The position numbers and the translations under genes were made by a program. From Nitrospirota bacterium (GTDB lineage Bacteria > Nitrospirota > UBA9217), in NCBI GenBank assembly GCA_963790205.1, contig CAWBNQ010000001.1, forward strand, positions 288,001-352,000: 64,000 nucleotides of DNA. The letters run 5' to 3'. Below the pieces are notes generated by a model. The model had not been told where the DNA came from, searched no databases, and saw nothing but the letters and a program-made list of their open reading frames with translations. This document shows, piece after piece, positions 19,213 to 29,926 of the stretch; the first letter of the stretch is position 1, and every line of letters starts with the position of its first letter.

Positions 19213-19839
19213 ACCCGTCGGGATTAAGATCATTGGTGAAGCTCTTTATCCATGACCCTTTCCGCCTATGGCGGACCAGAAAATCTTACGCTCCATGCCG
19301 TGTCCAGAAGTTTGTACGAGTCTTAGGGTTGTTAACCAGCCCCAAGGTGGCTCGCGTCGTGGGCAGTAAAGACGCTGATAACGCTATAAAAGGGGGGATG
19401 GATTACCAATCAGGTCTCGTGGTTTTGCCAACCCTAGGAAGGTTCACCGTCCCAGCCAGCCTATGAACTTTCATTGTGTAAAGAGCTTCTCCGGCAGAAA
19501 GGACACTCCATCTCTCATGATGCAGTACGCTGCCCGTGCCAGCTTGTGTGATAAGGCTTGATGCGTTATCATGGCATTAGTCTTTTGTCTCTTGCGCTGG
19601 TAATATGCCTGGCTTCCGGATAATAGCGCCGGGCAATCTCGGCAGCTTTGGAAAAGGCCCAGGCCAGATACTTATTGCCGATTTTCTTGTTCCCTTTGCC
19701 GCTCTTTTTATCGTTGCTGATCCACTTGGTCGAAACTTTCCGGCAGTAGGAACAGTATGAACTGACCCCCTCCGTTTAGACAAATATGTTAGAATGTCGG
19801 ACAGGATCTTCAGCCCCGAGGGGCAGAAAGGATCTTGTC

Positions 19840-20193
19840 ATGAGCAAACAGAGGAAGTTCAGTACCGAATTCAAGCGCCAAGTTGTTGAAGAATACTTGA
19901 GCGGGGTCAGCACTGCGGCCCAGCTCTGCCGGAGACACAGCATTTCCTCCGGGCTTCTGTATCATTGGAGGAAGCAGTTTATCAAAAACAGCTTCGAGGC
20001 CGACTCTGCCAAAGAAGCTGCTTTGGAAGAACGTATCGGCCAGTTGGAGCAGGCGCTCGGAAAAGCTCACCTGGAAAATGAGTTTTTAAAAAAAGCGCTG
20101 CATCAGAGCTTCGATCAGTCCCGAAAAAAAGGCAGTTCATTACCGACCACCGAGACCTTATCAAAACCGTCACGAGGGGGTGCGAACTCATGA
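19840..20193 (+). CDS. IS3 family transposase OrfA
   Basis: Identical protein to copy 1; A7G slippery site at 20088-20095. Confidence 0.9.
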   Translation: MSKQRKFSTEFKRQVVEEYLSGVSTAAQLCRRHSISSGLLYHWRKQFIKNSFEADSAKEAALEERIGQLEQALGKAHLENEFLKKALHQSFDQSRKKGSSLPTTETLSKPSRGGANS

Positions 20194-21011
20194 AGCTCCC
20201 TCGAAGCAGCTACTATTATAATTCAAAGAAACAGGAACTGCTCCCTGAGGACCAGGTCCTGGTCAACCGGATCGAGGAAATCACCGAAGAGTTCCCGAAA
20301 GCCGGGTATCGGAAAGTCACTCGTCAGCTGCATCGGGAAGCTGTCCCGGTAAACCACAAAAAAGTGCACCGGATCATGCGGGAAAAGGGCCTTCTGGTCA
20401 AGAAAACCAGGCGCTTCGTCAGAACCACTGACAGCAACCATCCTTATCCCGTATATCCGAACCTGACTAAAGACCTGCGGGTAACCAGCCTCAATCAGGT
20501 ATGGGTTGCCGATATCACCTATATCCGGATCGCAGTCGGCTTCGTATACCTGGCGGTTATTCTGGATCTCTGTTCGCGGAAAGCAATCGGATATGCCATC
20601 TCACGGAATATCGACACGGCATTGAGCCTCTCAGCGCTTCGGATGGCGATCCAGAGCAGAAACCCCCTTCCCGGCGCGATTCACCATTCGGACCGAGGAG
20701 TACAGTATGCAGCTCATGACTACATCGACGAGCTAAAAAGCCATGGTTTCCAGATTAGCATGTCTCGGAGTGGCAATCCGTACGACAACGCCTTCGCCGA
20801 AAGCTTCATGAAAACCGTAAAGACCGAGGAAGTCTATCTCTGGGAATACCGGACCCTGGATGACGTTCTCAGACGGCTTCCATACTTCATCGAGCAAGTG
20901 TATAATCAGGAACGACTACATGCCTCACTGGATTACGTTCCTCCAACTGAATACGAGGCAATGCTGATAAATCAGATTCAAAAAGCACCCTGTCCGATTA
21001 CTCTAAGCTAA
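20190..21011 (+). CDS. IS3 family transposase OrfB
   Basis: Identical protein to copy 1. Confidence 0.95.
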   Translation: MKLPRSSYYYNSKKQELLPEDQVLVNRIEEITEEFPKAGYRKVTRQLHREAVPVNHKKVHRIMREKGLLVKKTRRFVRTTDSNHPYPVYPNLTKDLRVTSLNQVWVADITYIRIAVGFVYLAVILDLCSRKAIGYAISRNIDTALSLSALRMAIQSRNPLPGAIHHSDRGVQYAAHDYIDELKSHGFQISMSRSGNPYDNAFAESFMKTVKTEEVYLWEYRTLDDVLRRLPYFIEQVYNQERLHASLDYVPPTEYEAMLINQIQKAPCPITLS

Positions 21012-21869
21012 CTGTCCAAACTCAGGGGTGCAGTTCAGTAGTTGCCCACTTGCGCAAAGAGGCTGATCGGGCCGGCCTCAAGCATGATGGTAAGCCCCAG
21101 CGTTTTCCCCACTCCCCGCAGGGTGAGAATATTTTTGTATGGTTCGCGCAGTTCCATTCTCGCTTCGATGGCGTTTTCGACGGCTTTGATCTGGCGTGTC
21201 AGGAAACCTGTGGATTCTTTGCTGATCTTGCCGGCCAATGCCAAGTCTTCGTCCTGATCAAGAAGAGGCGCAACGCGATCCGAATTCAATGCCTTGACAT
21301 CATTCGTCTTGAGCCGGAACCCGTTGTTACGGAAATGATGTTCTGCAAACTGATGATGAGCGAAGTCCTGAGCTTTACGAGATGCCTTCGTTTGCGCAGC
21401 AAGTCGCGGATCGGTCGATCTTCTTTCGGATAAATGTAGCCTTCGGCAGGATCCTGAGCCGCAGCATCTCGGCCGGCCAGAAAGCATCGTGCTGATCGTC
21501 TTTATACTTGAGCTCCACAGGGTTTGCGAGATGCACTTTGTATCCTTCCGCCATGAGTGCATCCACCAACCGGTACCAGTTGTACGTGGACTCGATGACG
21601 ATGCCAATAATCGCATCTTTGCATGGTGCGAGGGCCAACAGAATTTGTTCCGGATCATTCAGCGACTTTTTCTTAAATACCTGCTTACCAGTTTCATCGA
21701 TGATCGCCAGATAACTGTTGCTTGAATGTCAATCAATTCCTGTGTACAATCTCATAAAGCACCTCCTGGGTTAAGATTGGCCTCTTTCTCTTCTACTGTC
21801 CAGCCATACCGCGGTGCTGTTTATCGTATAATCTTCTGACCCTTAATCTTCCAATTCCCGGAGCGAGAG

Positions 21870-23189
21870 ATGCGCGACGTGATAGCCGTAACCCCGAACA
21901 TGACCAAAAGCCGGAGACATCCCCCCGGGCTGTATGTCCTCTTTTTTACGGAAATGTGGGAGCGGTTTTCCTACTACGGGATGCGGTCATTGCTGGTCTA
22001 CTACATGATCAAGCACCTGCAGTTCACGCAGGAACGGTCGTCCGAGATCTACGGGCTCTATACCGGGTTTGTCTACTTCACTCCGCTCTTCGGCGGCATG
22101 CTCGCGGACCGGCTCCTGGGGCAGCGTAAAACGGTGATCGTGGGAGGGGTGCTCATGGCCATCGGGCACTTCCTGATGGCTGTTGAAAGCCTGTTCTTCC
22201 CGGCGCTCGTCTTCCTGATCCTTGGGAACGGCGCGTTCAAGCCGAATATCTCAACGCAGGTCGGGGCGCTTTACCCTCCTGGCGACCATCGCCGCGACCG
22301 CGCGTTCAGCCTGTTCTACATGGGCATCAATCTCGGCGCGTTCTTTTCGCCGCTCGTGTGCGGGACGCTGGGCGAGAAGGTCGGGTACCACTGGGGCTTT
22401 GCAGCAGCCGGCGTCGGCATGGTGATCGGGCTTCTTGTTTATCTCAGGGGCCAGAAGCACCTGGCCCCTGATCTCATTATGCAGAAAAAGGGATCCAAAA
22501 CACAGAAGTCCTCGGAGCCGATGACGCGCGAGGACTGGCTCAAGATCGGCGCGATCTTCGTCATGATGGCCCTCTCCATCGTTTTCTGGAGCGTGTACGA
22601 GCAGCAGGGCAACACCATGGCGCTCTGGGCGGACGCCAATACCGACCGGATGATCCTGGGCTTTGAGATGCCTGCCTCATGGTTCCAGGCGTTCAATCCG
22701 CTCATGATCTTCATGTTCGTTCCCTTGCTGAACCTGTTCTGGAGTTGGCAGGACCGCCGCGGAAAAGAACCTTCGAGCATCGCCAAGATGGGGATCGGCT
22801 GTATGTTGCTTGCCGCGGCCTTCCTGGTCCTGATCCCGCCGGCCCGTGAACTGGCAGTGAATCCGAAGGCGAGCCTCTGGTGGCTTACCGCCTGCACGTT
22901 CGTGCTCACGCTGGGCGAGATCTATCTTTCCCCCATCGGCCTCTCGCTGGTGACCAGGATCGCTCCTGTCCGGATCGTCTCCATGATGATGGGCGTCTGG
23001 TTCCTCTCGAGCTTTTTCGGCAACTTCCTGTCGGGATATCTGGGGACGTTCTGGGAGAAAATGCCCAAGGAGAATTTCTTCCTGCTGATGTTCACCCTGT
23101 CCTTTGCCGCGGGCCTGGCGTTCTTTGTCCTGCTTACGCCGCTCAAAAAAGCGATCGGCTACGACGAACAGGCCGCAGCTGACGTGTGA
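21870..23189 (+). CDS. POT/PTR family peptide:H+ symporter
   Basis: EMWERFSYYGM, GAFKPNIS, FYMGINLG motifs. Confidence 0.92.
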   Translation: MRDVIAVTPNMTKSRRHPPGLYVLFFTEMWERFSYYGMRSLLVYYMIKHLQFTQERSSEIYGLYTGFVYFTPLFGGMLADRLLGQRKTVIVGGVLMAIGHFLMAVESLFFPALVFLILGNGAFKPNISTQVGALYPPGDHRRDRAFSLFYMGINLGAFFSPLVCGTLGEKVGYHWGFAAAGVGMVIGLLVYLRGQKHLAPDLIMQKKGSKTQKSSEPMTREDWLKIGAIFVMMALSIVFWSVYEQQGNTMALWADANTDRMILGFEMPASWFQAFNPLMIFMFVPLLNLFWSWQDRRGKEPSSIAKMGIGCMLLAAAFLVLIPPARELAVNPKASLWWLTACTFVLTLGEIYLSPIGLSLVTRIAPVRIVSMMMGVWFLSSFFGNFLSGYLGTFWEKMPKENFFLLMFTLSFAAGLAFFVLLTPLKKAIGYDEQAAADV

Positions 23190-23196
23190 TAGAAGC

Positions 23197-24142
23197 TCAA
23201 ATCCTTTGTTTCCCCGGCAGCAGTGCAAATAGCCTTGTAATGAGCTCGGGCAGTATGGTCATGCCCAGCTTTGTCAGCTCCTGGCGCAGGAACGCGAGCC
23301 ATTCGATGTAGTACCTGACCGGGAAAGTTCGATTGGCGACGATCACTGTGATCAAAACGAGCGCGAGTGCAAAGATCCTGCCGAGGAAGGGAAAAGCGCC
23401 CTTTACCAGCCCCTTGGTCCCGCGCCGGTTGTTCGCGGCCTTGATCCGCTCCCAGAGCGGCTCTTTTCTATAGTCATCGAGGCTGACGCGCAGCGCATCA
23501 TAGGCGCCGAACAGCCAGAGAAAGGGGACCAGCGGCGCGTACAGCGCGGTCATTGCAAAGCCCCCTTCCACAATGGAGCGGGCATCCGAAGCTTCGAGAG
23601 AGGGCCAGAGCAGCAGGGTGCGGGGATCGAGACGATTGCGAAGAAGGCGAACACGGACACTGCGGAAAAGAAGGCGCCCTTGACCGGCTGGCCGTTCAGG
23701 AACTGGCCCCAACCCGGAACAAGCAGGGAGCAGAGGCTAAGGATAGACATGGTTCTGTATCCCGGGAACCGGGTCGCTCTCGAGCGGGCCGCCGTGCGGT
23801 AAGCATCGCCCGCAATGGAGCTTCAGAAGGCCAGTATGGTGAAGAACAGGAGCTCGGCGGACAGGAAGGATCGGGAAGAGGGGGTCTGGCGGGCTCGCAG
23901 GAAAAGAAGCAGCTGATCGCTGAATATCACGGCAGCAACGCTCCCGACGAACAGCGCGACCAGCAGCACTTGGAAGACGAGGGCCTTGCCGTGCTCTCGT
24001 TGTAGCTCTGCCCGGCCCCCCCCCACCAGCAGGGACAGGGTATAGGCCCGTGCGGGGCTTCTCTCGATGCGGGGAACCGCTGCCCGGTCTTTCGGGGTTT
24101 CAGGTACTCGTCGGGGTCCTTTATCTCCCAGACCTTGTCCAT
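23197..24142 (-). pseudogene. Frameshifted membrane protein (fragments with PGWGQFLNGQ motifs)
   Basis: Four overlapping hydrophobic ORF fragments; may be sequencing indels. Confidence 0.5.
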
Positions 24143-24390
24143 GCTCTTCTCCGGTTCTTATTATATTAGGGAGTTATGCAGGAAGTCAGTCAGGCATGAG
24201 AAATAATAAAATTTGTTTTCAGCGAACAATATGGTTTGTCCATTTCTGATCATCCTGTTTGGGCCGGACAAGGGCTCTTCAGGCGGGACGATCGGTCCGA
24301 GGCTTCTGAGATCCCTGACACGCCGCGCCTGTCTTCGTATATACTTAAAGCGTCAAGCTCTCTACTTCTCTACTCTTGATGGAGGTTTGT

Positions 24391-24771
24391 ATGAAAACCC
24401 TGTCCAAGTTTCTCGTGTTGTGTCTCGTCCTCGGTCTCGTCGGCTGCACGACGGTGGCTGCCTTCAAACTCCCCCCGGGGACGGAGATGAAGGTCATGAA
24501 CCGGGAAACCGACTTCAAATCCGGTACGGTCGAGACGTCCCCCTTCCCCTGGAAAGCGACGGCCGGGATAGACTACGAGCTTCTGAGAAGGGGCAAGGTC
24601 GTCAAGTCGGGAAAACTACCTGCCAAGTTCAGGGTCGTATCGATATTCTGGCCGCCCATTTACGCCATCATCGCCTGGCCCATGGGGTTCCAGTATGAGT
24701 GTTACGACCTGACCCGAGGGGAACCGCGGGAATGTCCCGCCCTCGCGCCGGCGAGGAAGAAGCAGAAGTGA
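24391..24771 (+). CDS. Hypothetical lipoprotein
   Basis: GGAGG SD; lipobox LVG-C. Confidence 0.75.
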   Translation: MKTLSKFLVLCLVLGLVGCTTVAAFKLPPGTEMKVMNRETDFKSGTVETSPFPWKATAGIDYELLRRGKVVKSGKLPAKFRVVSIFWPPIYAIIAWPMGFQYECYDLTRGEPRECPALAPARKKQK

Positions 24772-24863
24772 CCGCGACGGCCCGCGCGCTGCTCGAGCGG
24801 AATCGGAGCGGTTCAGGGAAGCGATTGATTCAGGACCACGCGGAGCCGACAGGCGTAAAGAGC

Positions 24864-25073
24864 ATGATCGAGTTCAAGCTGGAAGCCAGGGAATATATCG
24901 AGCTCAACGACCTCTTGAAGGTCACGGGGCTGTTCGCCAGCGGCGGCATGGCAAAGACGGCGATCTCGGAAGGCCGCGTCACGATCGACGGACGTCCTGA
25001 ACTGCGCAGGCGATGCAAGGTCCGAAGGGGTCATGTGGTGGGCCTTGAAGGTCGTACGGTCGCTGTTACGTGA
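24864..25073 (+). CDS. S4 domain RNA-binding protein (YaaA/YbcJ-like)
   Basis: YIELNDLLKVTG..SGGMAK...G.V.IDG..E.RRR.K. Confidence 0.85.
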   Translation: MIEFKLEAREYIELNDLLKVTGLFASGGMAKTAISEGRVTIDGRPELRRRCKVRRGHVVGLEGRTVAVT

Positions 25074-25217
25074 TCATCAGCTTAAACCTCCCTGGCCCCA
25101 AGTCCCCTCCCGCTTGACTTCGCCTCTCCCGCCTGCTACCTTATTCTGCAGAGCCTGCAGGAATGTTCCCGCATCCCGCGGCGAAGGCATTCCAAGGCCA
25201 TGGGGCGTCAGGAATCC

Positions 25218-26534
25218 ATGTTCACGCCGGTCCTGCTGCTGAAATACATCGAACATCAACTCAACGGCTTCCGGCCCGCGGAATCGCTGGAGGTCCTCCG
25301 CCTCCGGAAGTTCCGGAGGCTCGCATCGTTCGTGAAGGAGCGTTCGCCTTACTACGCCCGCCTGATCCGAGAGAACGATATCGACCCCCGCAACTGCGTG
25401 CCGGAAGACTTCCCGGTACTGACCAAGCGGATGCTCATGGAGCATTTCGACGAGATCGTGACCGCGCCGGGGATCAGCAAAGAGGGAATAGCCGGGTTCC
25501 TGTCCCGGTCGCGGGACCCCCGGGAGCGCTACCGGGGCAACATAGTGCTCCACACCTCGGGCTCGTCGGGAGAGCTCGGCTATTTCGTCTATTCGCCGGC
25601 TGACTGGGCGCGGGGCATCGTGCAGTTCTCCCGCGGTCATCCCCATTCTCCGCGAAGAAGAAAGGCCGCCTACTTTGGCGCGGTCCAGGGCCACTTTGCC
25701 GGCGTCACGCAGTTCCTCACCATGGAACGATCGTTCCTTCGGCTCCTGTACCGCGTCCGCTGCTTCGACATCAACGATCCGCTCAGGGGGGCGATCGACG
25801 GCCTGAATGAATTCCAGCCCGATATCCTGACCGGCTATCCCTCGGGCCTGCTCATGCTCGCCAGGAAGCAGCTCTCCGGCGAGCTCAGGATCAGGCCGTC
25901 ATCGTGCGAGTTTGGCGGCGAACCGCTCGCGGCCGCGGACCGGCAGGTGATCGAGGCGGCATTCGGTGTTTCGGTCCTGAACTTCTATGCCAGCACCGAG
26001 CACCTGCTCATGGCCGCAGGCCGATCGGGCTTCCGCACCATGGTCCTCTGCGAGGATGACCTCATTTTTGAGCCGCACGATGACCATACCTGCGTGACGA
26101 ACCTCTTCAACAGGACGCTGCCGCTGATCCGGTACCGCATGGAGGACGTGCTCCGACTCCTGCCGGACCAGGGCAGAGGCTCTCCCTGCCAGACCATCGG
26201 GGACGTGGTCGGCAGGATGGAGGAGGCGCCGCTGTTCCTGAACCGTCACGGAGCTGAGGACTTCATCAATCCGCTCGTCCTCGTCGAGTTCCACGCGCGG
26301 CACCTGAAAAGATTCCAGGTCCGGGTCACCGGCCCGGCGTCCTTCCGGTTCCGCGCGGTGCTGGAGGAAGGTCTCGCTCCTTTGATGCGGGACGCAGTCT
26401 TCCGCGAGATCGAGAAGGGGCTTCAGGACATTCTCCGCCAGAAAGAGATGGAGAATGTTCGCTTCGAAATCGAAGAAGTGGACGATCTCCCGGTGGACCC
26501 GCGGACGGGAAAGTTCAAGCTTATTACGCGATGA
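25218..26534 (+). CDS. Phenylacetate-CoA ligase-like adenylate-forming enzyme
   Basis: TSGSSG, YASTE, LPLIRYRMED, TGKFK motifs. Confidence 0.85.
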   Translation: MFTPVLLLKYIEHQLNGFRPAESLEVLRLRKFRRLASFVKERSPYYARLIRENDIDPRNCVPEDFPVLTKRMLMEHFDEIVTAPGISKEGIAGFLSRSRDPRERYRGNIVLHTSGSSGELGYFVYSPADWARGIVQFSRGHPHSPRRRKAAYFGAVQGHFAGVTQFLTMERSFLRLLYRVRCFDINDPLRGAIDGLNEFQPDILTGYPSGLLMLARKQLSGELRIRPSSCEFGGEPLAAADRQVIEAAFGVSVLNFYASTEHLLMAAGRSGFRTMVLCEDDLIFEPHDDHTCVTNLFNRTLPLIRYRMEDVLRLLPDQGRGSPCQTIGDVVGRMEEAPLFLNRHGAEDFINPLVLVEFHARHLKRFQVRVTGPASFRFRAVLEEGLAPLMRDAVFREIEKGLQDILRQKEMENVRFEIEEVDDLPVDPRTGKFKLITR

Positions 26535-27607
26535 TCGACAGTAAGCATCTTAGGGTTAAGGTTGGCATCTTTTCCCAAGAACATACCAGAATTAATTAGA
26601 TTCTGGCATGCTCTTGAGGTGCCCTTTATATGGTTATACAGGTCTTTAATGTTTGACTGTACGCTTCACTCTGATATTCTCGACTATAAGCAAGTTCAGG
26701 GTTCAGTTATCAGTCGGCAGTCGATAAAGGAGTCGAAGAGACATCAGCCTTCATCCATCAATGAAGCACACCCTTTCCCTGGCTGTTACCGTACAGGCTC
26801 AAAAAAAGACACGGTTGTATGGTAACCCCTCGTCCTTTTTCAGCTCAAAAATAATCTTCAGAACTGCCCGGATAAGAAATCTTCCGTTCTGAACAAGCCT
26901 CAGGACAATTTTTTAACGAGAGGTCTCTTAAGCGCGAATGTCCTCGCCTCGAATGCCGCGATTCGTCAATACCCCCGCAGTTCCCGGCTGTGGTGACAGC
27001 CCTTCCCTGTGGTGCTATAGTTTTTAAAAATAGGACAATATTTATCCTGATAAGGGGCTTGGTATCGGCATGCCAGGCCGAGGGTGCAAATATACGATTA
27101 AAAAATTTAAAAAGGAAACGTTCCTTCTGCTCTCCCTGGAGGGTGCGGGACGCTTACCAACGTAGAGGCCAGCCGATAATCGGAAGGAGACGAGAGGCGT
27201 TGTATTAAAGAAGACGGGGGCTTTTATCGGTTTGGAGAATAGGCTTGATCAAAACATCGCGTCCTCAATCGGAGTAGAGGGACATCATTTCAAGGTTATA
27301 CTGGCAAGGTCTTCGGAAATTTTATTTTTCGCGATATAAGATTCAATCTCGCCCTGATGGTCGCTGTAGTAGCTCAGCGAGTCAAACACCCGTTGACCAT
27401 CCGCATATGCGTTATTCAGTCCGGGACAAATACTCATTGAAGTTTCCGTTTAGCCATATCGTACAGGTCCGCGGCCCTTGCCGCAGCAGACCCTGCAGAC
27501 CCTGCGGTGTCCGCGGCATGCGGACCTCTATACCACCTATATACCAGTTGACATTGACTTTTATAAAATGTTAATATCAACATAAATTTGGCGTACGGGG
27601 AGCCCAG

Positions 27608-28900
27608 GTGGCAGGGGAAAAAATACTGAACATAGATGACAGCCCGACCGTCCAGCGGCTGATCGAGATGATCCTCTCGTCGCAGGGCTATCAGGTCCTC
27701 CTTGCCTCGGACGGCGAGGCGGGCATCGCCAAGGCCAGGGCGGAAAAGCCTGCAGTCATTCTCGTGGACTTCGTCATGCCAAAGATGAACGGCTTCCAGG
27801 TCTGCAAGACCCTTAAGGAAGACCCGGAATTCAAGGACACCCCCATCATCCTGGTGACCTCCAAAGGCGATACGATCGGCAGCAAGTTTGTCGACGTCCT
27901 CGGCATTACCGAATACTTCACCAAGCCTTTTCAGCCGGAAGAGCTTCTCGCCAAGATACGGGAAGTCATAGACAAAAAACCGGCCTCTGCGCCATCCCCT
28001 CCCGGGATCGAGTCCGGCAAACCTGCCGCAATGCCGGTGCCTTCAGCGCTGCCGTCCGGACTGGAGAACATGGTCCGGCAGCTCGTGGAAAAGGCGCTTG
28101 ACGAATTCATCCATACATCACTTCCGGAATTGATCCGGCGGGAGCTCGCCCAGGCCCCGCCGTCGTCCCAGGCCCCGCCGCCGACCCGGGCAGGCATCCA
28201 GGGCAATCTTTCCAGCTGCCGGATCGTCGAAGTAATGCAGATGCTCGGGCTCCAGCGTCAGACCGGCAGGCTCGCCCTCTCCCGGAGCGGCGACGGCGCT
28301 GACATTTATTTTCGCGACGGCGCGGTCGTCTGCGCAACGTCAGCCCGTAACGGCGGCAAGCTCGACGTCGCGGGACTGCTCAAGAAGACGTGCAGGCTCG
28401 AGGAAGACAGCATCCGGCACGTACTGCGCATTGCCGAAATGACCGGGCAGCCGATCGACACCATCCTTGCCCAGGAAAGGATGGTCGACACCCGGACGTT
28501 CTCGAAGAACCTCAGACGTCACACCGAATCAGCCGTTTATAAAACCATGGCGTGGCGGGACGGGGATTTTTTCTTCGAAAAGACGGCGCCGCCGGTCTTT
28601 GAGATGCCGTTGCAGATCAAGGTGGACGACCTTCTCCTGGAGGGCGCGCGGCGGGCCGATGAATGGACCCTGATCGAGCAGAAGATCCCCACTTTCGACC
28701 TGGTGTTCGAACCCATGATCGGAAACGCCGAAGAGCTCACGACACGCGGCATGAGCGACATCGACCTCAAGGTTTTCTCGCTCATCGACGGCAGGCGCAC
28801 GGTCCAGGACATTATCGATGATGCCTGTCTGGGCGACTTCGACGTGGCGAAGAGCATGTTTATCCTGCTGTCGGTCAATCTGATACGGATAAAAAAATAG
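27608..28900 (+). CDS. Response regulator with DUF4388/PATAN-like domain
   Basis: N-terminal REC; GIQGNL...EVMQML...TGRL; LLLEGARRADEW. Confidence 0.85.
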   Translation: MAGEKILNIDDSPTVQRLIEMILSSQGYQVLLASDGEAGIAKARAEKPAVILVDFVMPKMNGFQVCKTLKEDPEFKDTPIILVTSKGDTIGSKFVDVLGITEYFTKPFQPEELLAKIREVIDKKPASAPSPPGIESGKPAAMPVPSALPSGLENMVRQLVEKALDEFIHTSLPELIRRELAQAPPSSQAPPPTRAGIQGNLSSCRIVEVMQMLGLQRQTGRLALSRSGDGADIYFRDGAVVCATSARNGGKLDVAGLLKKTCRLEEDSIRHVLRIAEMTGQPIDTILAQERMVDTRTFSKNLRRHTESAVYKTMAWRDGDFFFEKTAPPVFEMPLQIKVDDLLLEGARRADEWTLIEQKIPTFDLVFEPMIGNAEELTTRGMSDIDLKVFSLIDGRRTVQDIIDDACLGDFDVAKSMFILLSVNLIRIKK

Positions 28901-29009
28901 GACCCGCGGAAGAGCCCGAACCCGCAGGAATCAAAAGGAAAACTTGACAGTACAAAAGAAATATGTTAATTTCCGTCTATTCATTGCACCGTGAAAAAAG
29001 GAGAAAACA

Positions 29010-29369
29010 ATGGCCAAAATACTCATAGCGGACGACAGTTTGTCAGAGCTCCAGATCTTCCAGGCAGCTCTGCAGCCGACCGGCCATACGCTCGTGTCCG
29101 TCATGGACGGCGAAGCGGCGGAGGCGAAGGTCAAGTCCGAGAAGATTGATCTGATCATCCTGGATGTCATCATGCCCAAAAAAAACGGTTTCCAGGTCTG
29201 CAGGGACATCAAGAGCAATGAGCAGTACAAGAACATACCCGTCATCATGGTAACGTCGAAGGACCAGGAGAGCGATAAGTTCTGGGGCATGAAACAGGGC
29301 GCCGATGAGTATTTGACCAAGCCGTTCAAGCCGGAAGACCTGCTGAAGGTCGTGAAAAAGTACATCTGA
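29010..29369 (+). CDS. Single-domain response regulator (PilH/CheY-like)
   Basis: DVIMPKKNGFQVCR, DKFWGMKQGADEYLTKPF. Confidence 0.9.
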   Translation: MAKILIADDSLSELQIFQAALQPTGHTLVSVMDGEAAEAKVKSEKIDLIILDVIMPKKNGFQVCRDIKSNEQYKNIPVIMVTSKDQESDKFWGMKQGADEYLTKPFKPEDLLKVVKKYI

Positions 29370-29387
29370 CCCGGGAGGGGTGCCCGT

Positions 29388-29880
29388 TTGGCCGAAATTG
29401 ACAATGACGTCACCGCCGAGGTGATCGATTTACTGCCGGAGGAGGAGATTACGGGTATGCCTCTTCAGTATGGGCGAGGACCTTTATGCCGTTCCGGTCG
29501 AACTGCTGACCGAAATCATCATTTCCCAGAAGATTTTTCCCGTCCCAGCCACACCGCCCCACGTCCTCGGGGTCATTAACCTGCGAGGCAACATCGTTCC
29601 GATCGTTGATATACGCCCCGCGCTTTCCCTGCCGCGGCAGTCAACTCCAGGCCAGATCGCAATCATAAAACAGGGCGCAGCGATCATCGGTATTGTCGTG
29701 GATAATGTCTCCGAAGTGGTTGCCGTGCCCCTCACCAAGGTGCTCGCCATCCCCGCGGACGCCGGCGGCCAGGCGGAAAAGGGCCGCAGTCGTTTTTTAA
29801 AGAGCCTCATTCAGCGTGAAGGAGGCGTTGCCGCGCTCCTTGACGTTCAACGGATTTTGGAAGAAATCAAGCTGGAGTGA
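29388..29880 (+). CDS. cheW: CheW/PilI coupling protein (apparent +1 frameshift near 29450)
   Basis: GVINLRGNIVPIVD; removing one base gives a continuous ...RVCLFSMGEDLYAV. Confidence 0.85.
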
Positions 29881-29926
29881 TTGTTCCCGGGCGCTCAAAC
29901 CATTCTGTCATGAAGGAGCAGACGCT

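Larger units (their letters stand above)
19758..21037 (+). mobile_element. IS3 family element, copy 2 (1280 bp)
   Basis: Same IRs as copy 1; TSD GTA at 19755-19757 and 21038-21040. Confidence 0.95.
19471..21755 (-). pseudogene. Decayed IS110 family transposase interrupted by IS3
   Basis: MRLYTGID*HS, IESTYNWY, LRGVGKTL, VGNY|CSYCR, LAWAF, HKLARAAY; stop codon, frameshifts and IS3 insertion. Confidence 0.85.

Noticed and set aside
7952..19757. Composite transposon that moved as one unit
   Set aside because: Each IS3 has its own TSD and interrupts a different local gene, so the insertions were independent.
26650..27600. Riboswitch, sRNA or sigma54 promoter in the ~1 kb gap before the chemosensory operon
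   Set aside because: Some hairpins, but no motif I can recognise; candidate -24/-12 boxes have wrong spacing. An Rfam search is needed.
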